A DNA stretch of 64,000 nt from an uncultured Verrucomicrobiae bacterium (GTDB lineage: Bacteria; Verrucomicrobiota; Verrucomicrobiia; Chthoniobacterales; UBA10450). How positions within the stretch are numbered: position 1 is the stretch's first letter; every line of letters starts with the position of its first letter. Made by a program: the position numbers and the translations under genes. The notes beneath the pieces were generated by a model, which did no database searches, was not told the DNA's origin, and saw only the letters and a list, made by a program, of their open reading frames with translations. Where the stretch lies: contig CAVYXA010000001.1 of assembly GCA_963772365.1 (NCBI GenBank), forward strand, positions 64,001-128,000, read 5' to 3'. Below are positions 58,556 to 64,000 of this stretch, in pieces.

Positions 58556-58975
58556 ATGGGAAAGATCCTCTGGCGAATTGTCGATCTTATCATCGGCGGT
58601 GTTTTCATTTACGCCGGCGTGATCAAGATGCTCGGTCCGGTTCAGTTCGCCTACGACATCGATAATTACAAAATTCTGCCGTGGACGGCTGGTGTCGGGC
58701 TTGCGTTTTATCTGCCGTGGCTGGAAATATTTTGCGGCCTCGCGTTGGTCTTCCGGATTCTCTATCGGGGCGCATTGTCGATCCTGGCCGCGCTCATCAC
58801 GATCTTCATTGCCACCACCGTTGCCGCAAAAGTTCGCGGACTCGACATCACCTGCGGCTGTTTCGGTCACGCCAGTCAGCACTGGAATTTCCCCGCTCAC
58901 ATGGCGGTGGATCTGGCTCTGCTTGCTATCGTGGTTTTGCTGTTCTGGGCTACCCAGAAGGGTAGAAAAGAATAG
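58556..58975 (+). CDS. MauE/DoxX-family membrane protein
   Basis: FIYAG..K, LPWLEI, GLDITCGCFG. Confidence 0.85.
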   Translation: MGKILWRIVDLIIGGVFIYAGVIKMLGPVQFAYDIDNYKILPWTAGVGLAFYLPWLEIFCGLALVFRILYRGALSILAALITIFIATTVAAKVRGLDITCGCFGHASQHWNFPAHMAVDLALLAIVVLLFWATQKGRKE

Positions 58976-58978
58976 AAA

Positions 58979-59058
58979 GGGGTCAGGTAAAATGAAAACG
59001 GCTTCCTTTCTTCTCCAAGCCTACGCTCTGGAACGCTGCTTTCATTCTACCTGACCCC
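58979..59058. repeat. 80-bp element with 19-bp terminal inverted repeats
   Basis: ggggtcaggtaaaatgaaa / tttcattctacctgacccc (18/19). Confidence 0.7.
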
Positions 59059-59218
59059 TGTTAGTGACCCATCGCAAACGCTTTCGCATGTCATTGAGAA
59101 AGCAGGGCAACGCGGGGAAGCAGCTCTTCCCCGAAGGCGGTCCGAACAGTTCAAATCCAGAGGAGCCGCCTCGCTTTCAGCCTACGTCGGCGCGCGTCCT
59201 TCGATTAATCAGCAGCAA

Positions 59219-59893
59219 CTAAGCGCGGCGCGCTCGCCGCTTTGCACGGGCCCAAAGGAGAAGACAGGCGCCGCCACCGAGTAAGACCCACGACTGGGGT
59301 TCGGGTACGGCCGAGATATCGAAGCTGCCTCCCGGAAGCCCGGTAAAGCCAGTGAGCGTCGAAGTTGGAAATGTTAAGACCGTCGGGCCGTTAATGAATC
59401 GAAGTTCATCATACGCAATCCCTGGAGCCGTGCTGCTGGAAGTCCAATTGATCGCCTGCAAATCCGGGCTCCCGACGAAGAATAAAGCGCCCACGACATA
59501 GTTGGTTCCGGCCGGCAAAAAGAGCGGCATCGACAATTGGACCTCGCGAAATACACCGCTGCTATCGAGCGGTGCAACCGTTCCCGCCGGTACCGTCACC
59601 GATGCGAGCAGAATGCCGTTTGAATCCCAAAGTCCAACCTCATGGGACTCAGCCAGACCGTTGCCTAAATCATCATAAACCGTCAATCCAGTAACCAAAA
59701 CTCCGCCCACCGCGGAGACATCGAAAGAGTAGCCGCGCGTGCTGTTGGCCCCGGTCCCGTTCCCGCTCTGGCCTTGAAACGTCAGCGCGGGCAACTCCTG
59801 GCCGCGGGCACTGGTCAAAAAGAGGCAGACGGCAAATAACGAAACGGCGAAAAGGCACGCCGACGAGGTGAAACTTCGAACTCTTGTTTTCAT
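59219..59893 (-). CDS. PEP-CTERM surface protein
   Basis: Signal peptide; C-terminal VPEPQSWVLL + TM + basic tail. Confidence 0.88.
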   Translation of the reverse strand: MKTRVRSFTSSACLFAVSLFAVCLFLTSARGQELPALTFQGQSGNGTGANSTRGYSFDVSAVGGVLVTGLTVYDDLGNGLAESHEVGLWDSNGILLASVTVPAGTVAPLDSSGVFREVQLSMPLFLPAGTNYVVGALFFVGSPDLQAINWTSSSTAPGIAYDELRFINGPTVLTFPTSTLTGFTGLPGGSFDISAVPEPQSWVLLGGGACLLLWARAKRRARRA

Positions 59894-60101
59894 GAGGCCG
59901 ATTCTTTATTTTTCGGGCACGTTGTCAATCAAATTCCTTTCGCGAAATGCGATCCAGTCGCGGGCTGATCGGGATCGTAACGGGGTCGCATCTGTAATAT
60001 TTTTCAGTTCAACGATCAGTTAGTCGCATATTCGGCGACGCGGCTGGCGCCTAGCGAGAGAGATTTCTTCGTTACCGCTCAGTGATGTCTCCGAGACGTA
60101 C

Positions 60102-60434
60102 TTATTCCTTTGTGATTTTTCCGCCCCACGAGAGAATCTTGGCTTTGGTGCCGGCGGCTTCGGCTTGTTTGATGTCGCCCGCGCGATTGTAGAACAACGA
60201 CAAACTCGTCCACGCGATTTGATCGTTGGGCCGAAGCTCGGTTGCCTTTTTGCCGGCTTCAATCGCTTCGTTAAACCGTCCGAGCTTCATCAATGCCATG
60301 CCGAGCGCGTGCCAGCCGTCGAAGAAATCGGGATCGATCTCGACACAGCGCCGGTATTTTCCGACCGCGCTTTCCAGGTCGCCTACAGCCAGATCGCCGT
60401 TAGCGTCGTCGAAAATATCATCGCGCGTTTCCAA
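60102..60434 (-). CDS. TPR protein
   Basis: GWHALGMAL..EAI..P repeats. Confidence 0.8.
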   Translation of the reverse strand: METRDDIFDDANGDLAVGDLESAVGKYRRCVEIDPDFFDGWHALGMALMKLGRFNEAIEAGKKATELRPNDQIAWTSLSLFYNRAGDIKQAEAAGTKAKILSWGGKITKE

Positions 60435-60449
60435 TTGCGAAATCCGAGA

Positions 60450-61982
60450 TTAGCTCTTGCCGGTCGGGGCCGCGGCGGTGACAAGTCCCGCATCCTGCTG
60501 GCGGTCGTGCAGCCACTCGTAAAAGACAATTTGCTGTTTGCTGTTTAAATAGCGTTGATCGAACTCCGCTTTTTTTGCTGCGTACTTCGCCGCGTCGGGC
60601 GGCTCGCGTTTTTCCAGATAGACGATGAACCCTCCATCCTCCCACGGCGTGTAGTTGCTCACACTGCCGGGCTGGAGAGATGAAGCGATATTTTTGATCA
60701 TAAATAGATCGGGAGCTTGTTTCGCCTGATCGGCGGCACTCGTATTCGCTTCATCGATCGGCGCGAATGGCGGAATCTTTTCCACTTTTACGCCGGCCTT
60801 TTGCGCCGCAGCTTCGAACGATTGACCCGACTTGAGCGCGTCTTGCAATTCGTTCACCACGTCGAGCCCTTTCTTCTTCACGATTTCCTGGCCGCGGGCG
60901 CGCTTCAGTGCTTCGACAACTTTTGGTTTCGCCTCTTCCAGGGTCAATGGACGCGAAGCAACGACGTCATCGAGGTGTAGAATATAGAATCCATCAACAA
61001 CCTGGACCGGATCGCCGTTGGGTGCCGCGCGCGTTAGCTTGAACGCGGCGTCGCTCAGTTCAGGAGAAGCCGCTTTCAATTTCGGATCGGGCGCAGCCAT
61101 AGTAAATTCGCCGGTCGTTTGCATGGGTAATTGAAATTTCACTGCCACTTGTTTGAAGTCAGCGCCCTTTTCCAGCAAGCCTTGCGAAAAATCGTTGGCC
61201 CGGTCGGCCAGTTTTTGCAGCGCGTCGATTCGCGGTTTGCCAGTGAGTTTCTTCTGGTCGCCGGTCAGCGCAAGCTCCACGTAATCGACTTTACGTTTCT
61301 CCTCCGTCTTAAATTCCCCTTTATGTTCATCGAAATATTTTTGAACATCTTCGTCGCTAATTTTGATCTCCTTTGCGGCATCGGCTCCTTGGAACCGAAT
61401 CACGCTGACATGTAGCGTTCCGTAGGCTTCGTCGAAGTTGGTCTTACTGAGCGATTCCGAAAGAGTGACTCCGGTATCCAGAAGCTGCTTGATTTGCTTA
61501 AGCGAAAGTTCGTCGCGAACAAGCTCTTCCAGGTCGGCTTCTCCCATCCCGCGCGGCGAAAGAGCGTTCTGGATGAACTCGTCATATTTCTTTAAATCGA
61601 ATCCCGACGCGCTGCGAAACGCCGGGAGATCGTGCACAGTTTCGACCACCTGCGCTTGCGTAGGCTGAATCCCGAGCCGATCGGCTTCATGGCGCAAAAT
61701 CATCAGGTTCAGGACGAATTCCGGATACGCTTCGTTCTCCTCTTTTGCACCGACGGTTAAATCCTGCGGCAAATCAGACATTCCGAGGGCCCGAGCCAGA
61801 TCGAGCAGGCGAGCGTACTTTCGAGCTTCGACAATGGAAATGTTGCGATCGTAGATCCGGGCAAAGGAATCGGAGTGGATCTGGCCGAGATCGCTTTTGA
61901 CGAAATAGAAAATGAACGGGATCGACAGAATAGCGACCACGATCATGAGCCAGGTCCGATGCTTTCGAAGTAACTTCATCAT
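60450..61982 (-). CDS. SurA/PpiD-like periplasmic chaperone
   Basis: N-terminal TM, SurA_N-like region, EKRKVDYV, GFYILH, PLTLEEAK. Confidence 0.8.
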   Translation of the reverse strand: MMKLLRKHRTWLMIVVAILSIPFIFYFVKSDLGQIHSDSFARIYDRNISIVEARKYARLLDLARALGMSDLPQDLTVGAKEENEAYPEFVLNLMILRHEADRLGIQPTQAQVVETVHDLPAFRSASGFDLKKYDEFIQNALSPRGMGEADLEELVRDELSLKQIKQLLDTGVTLSESLSKTNFDEAYGTLHVSVIRFQGADAAKEIKISDEDVQKYFDEHKGEFKTEEKRKVDYVELALTGDQKKLTGKPRIDALQKLADRANDFSQGLLEKGADFKQVAVKFQLPMQTTGEFTMAAPDPKLKAASPELSDAAFKLTRAAPNGDPVQVVDGFYILHLDDVVASRPLTLEEAKPKVVEALKRARGQEIVKKKGLDVVNELQDALKSGQSFEAAAQKAGVKVEKIPPFAPIDEANTSAADQAKQAPDLFMIKNIASSLQPGSVSNYTPWEDGGFIVYLEKREPPDAAKYAAKKAEFDQRYLNSKQQIVFYEWLHDRQQDAGLVTAAAPTGKS

Positions 61983-62293
61983 AATTTGGGAGGCAACAGT
62001 AGCGGCAGCGGGGTTGGCTCGCAAATAAGTTGCCTTGGACGGCGTCTACGCTGTCGGCGTCCAAAATTTGAATCGTCGAGTCAGGCGCCGCGATCTCAAT
62101 TACACCGCGGCTTCGGTCCGATGTCTCTCTCTCTTATGCCCGTGAGAGCATAGCGCAGCGAAGTAAAATAATAATGAAGGGCTTTTGCGGCAAGGACCAG
62201 TGACAGGCACGCCCGCCCACGGCGGCAGTCCATTTGAAAGACCAGCGCCGTCCTAGATGCAAAAACGACTAATTGACGTTGCGGCTTGAACCG

Positions 62294-62560
62294 CTATCCA
62301 CCTACCGCTTTTCGGGTGATCAAGCTTTTCGCCATTGCGATTCCAAGCAAGCCAACACCGAGGAACATCACAGTCGAGCCGGTCTCGGGAACCCCGGTCG
62401 GCTGATCGCCGACGAAAAGGCGAATCGACGAAAGACCGCCGAACCCGTTTGGACCCAATCCCGTTGCCGGGAAGGTATAGTTGCCAGTCATGCCATTGAG
62501 GTCGTAGAAGACAATGCCACGACCCTGGCCGGTCTCGACGATTCCTCTCCCCGAGCTTAG
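62294..62560 (-). pseudogene. VPDSG/PEP-CTERM protein C-terminal fragment
   Basis: GQGRGIVFYDLNGMTG..VPETGSTVMFLGVGLLG; in-frame stop upstream, no signal peptide. Confidence 0.6.
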
Positions 62561-62727
62561 GCTCTAGACCGGCCCCGGTAGAGCCTCATCACCGGGGAAC
62601 CGAATTCAGTAGGCTCGAGGGATAAAATCCACGGGTCGGGCTTGATTACGCCCGGCGGATCGTTGCAAGATCGGCATTTGTGAGAAACCACCTGGAATTC
62701 TTGTTCCGGGATTTAAATGCTCGGGCC

Positions 62728-64000
62728 ATGGCCAAGCCCTCGCGCATCATCACTCTGAATCTCGGGTCCCAGAGCATCGAACTGGCGGAGTTCCAAATTC
62801 AACCGCGCGGCGGGTTGATCTTGTGTAGCTATCGTTCTCGCGAAGTCTTTGCCGATCCTGCGACGGAAACAGCGCGTCAGACTCATATTGCCGCTGCTGT
62901 GCGCGAGATGATGAACGAGTTGGGAATCAAGCGAGGACCTGTGAACTACACCGTCGCAGAGGAATCGGTGTTCACCCGCTTCGTGAAATTGCCAGCGTTG
63001 GAGGAGGAAAAGATTGAGCGAATTATTTCATTCGAGGCGCAGCAAAACGTGCCATTCCCGATCGATGAAGTGGTGTGGGATTATCAATTGGTCGGGGCTG
63101 GAGTGGATCAACAAATCCAGGTCGTGCTGGTGGCGATCAAGACCGATCTTCTTGAGCAGATTAACGAGTTAGTTGAAGGCGCCGGTTTGCGGACAAGAAT
63201 TGTCGACCTTGCTCCGATGGCAATCTACAATGCGTTCCGCTACAGCTATAATGATTTCACCGATTGCACGTTGCTCGTCGATATCGGCGCGCGCACGACC
63301 AACCTGCTTTTCGTCGAGCCCGGCAAGTTTTTTTCGCGCAGCGTACCCATCGGCGGCGCTTCGATAACGGCCGCGATTGCCAAGGAATTCGGCGAGTCCT
63401 TGGCAGCGGCTGAAGCACGCAAGAAGCGGAATGGATTTGTAAGCCCGGGCGGCACGTTTGCGCAAGCGGAAGCCTCAGATGCGGATGTTGAGCGCGTCTT
63501 AAACATTGCGCGCACGACCATGGCACGACTCTACGCTGAGGTGATGCGGTCGATCAGTCATTATCGCACGCAGCAACAGGGAAGCCCACCGCAACGGCTG
63601 CTGCTTTGTGGCGGGAGCGCGAGTATGCCCCTCGTGCACGAGTTTTTTGAGGAGAAACTACAAGTCCCGGTCGAATCTTTTAATCCGCTCCGGAATATCG
63701 CAGTGATGGAACTTGCGCTGCCAGGTGAACTCAGGAGTTCAGCTCATCTGCTGGGTGAACTTGTCGGTCTCGCCCTTCGGTCAGTGGCAAGATGTCCGAT
63801 GGAGTTAAACTTGAGGCCGGCGAGTGTCGTGCAGCGACATGAGATGGAAAAAAAGCAGCCATTCCTCGTGGCGGCGGCAGTTTGTTTCATCCTTATCTTG
63901 CTTGGCTGGACCTTCTACTACCTGCGTGCGACGCAGATAGCGAAGCAATGCGCAGAAAGGATCCAACCTAAAGTTGCCCTGATGCGGGCAGCCGACAAAA
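62728..64000 (+). CDS. pilM: Type IV pilus assembly PilM-like protein (with PilN-like extension), truncated by window end
   Basis: LNLGSQ, FTRFVKLP, FEAQQNVPFPIDEVVWDY, DIGARTT, LCGGSA, FNPL. Confidence 0.88.
   Translation, partial: MAKPSRIITLNLGSQSIELAEFQIQPRGGLILCSYRSREVFADPATETARQTHIAAAVREMMNELGIKRGPVNYTVAEESVFTRFVKLPALEEEKIERIISFEAQQNVPFPIDEVVWDYQLVGAGVDQQIQVVLVAIKTDLLEQINELVEGAGLRTRIVDLAPMAIYNAFRYSYNDFTDCTLLVDIGARTTNLLFVEPGKFFSRSVPIGGASITAAIAKEFGESLAAAEARKKRNGFVSPGGTFAQAEASDADVERVLNIARTTMARLYAEVMRSISHYRTQQQGSPPQRLLLCGGSASMPLVHEFFEEKLQVPVESFNPLRNIAVMELALPGELRSSAHLLGELVGLALRSVARCPMELNLRPASVVQRHEMEKKQPFLVAAAVCFILILLGWTFYYLRATQIAKQCAERIQPKVALMRAADK

Noticed and set aside
62033..62044. 12-bp match (ccttggacggcg) to spacer 2, possible self-target
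   Set aside because: Too short; about one such match is expected by chance for five spacers in 64 kb

Overview
64 kb of bacterial chromosome, most likely a Verrucomicrobiota (Chthoniobacterales-like) genome; this is inferred from PEP-CTERM/VPDSG-CTERM proteins, a PilM-type fusion and the Cas12b subfamily. From left to right: (1) an arsenic cluster (arsM, arsR, aquaporin, arsC); (2) a decayed araC/aldo-keto reductase locus holding nested cargo (two RelE-like TA pairs, DUF3667, a ParB-like/putative nuclease/Dam-like three-gene operon, a four-helix-bundle gene); (3) housekeeping and envelope genes (APC permease, DegP, pqiABC, MFS, LpxL-type acyltransferase, L,D-transpeptidase, ispH); (4) a type V-B CRISPR-Cas locus on the minus strand, with a very large cas12b split by one frameshift, ORF6N, an inserted phd-vapC pair, cas4-cas1, cas2, a predicted tracrRNA and a 6-repeat/5-spacer array, flanked by hicBA and Ku; (5) emrAB, a RAYT with REPs, floA, tRNA-Leu(GAG), GT-C-type membrane genes, rfbB/rfbD interrupted by an apparently inactive subtilase and a second phd-vapC, a SurA/PpiD-like gene and a truncated pilM. 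The most striking pattern is that small TA/defence cargoes repeatedly sit between diverged duplicates of the host gene end they interrupt (ispH 3', cas4-cas1 5', araC 3'/AKR promoter), with no integrase in view. In the cas case, the TA operator overlaps what looks like the new cas4-cas1 promoter. Several single-base frameshifts may be assembly errors. All calls come from motif recognition only; no searches were run.
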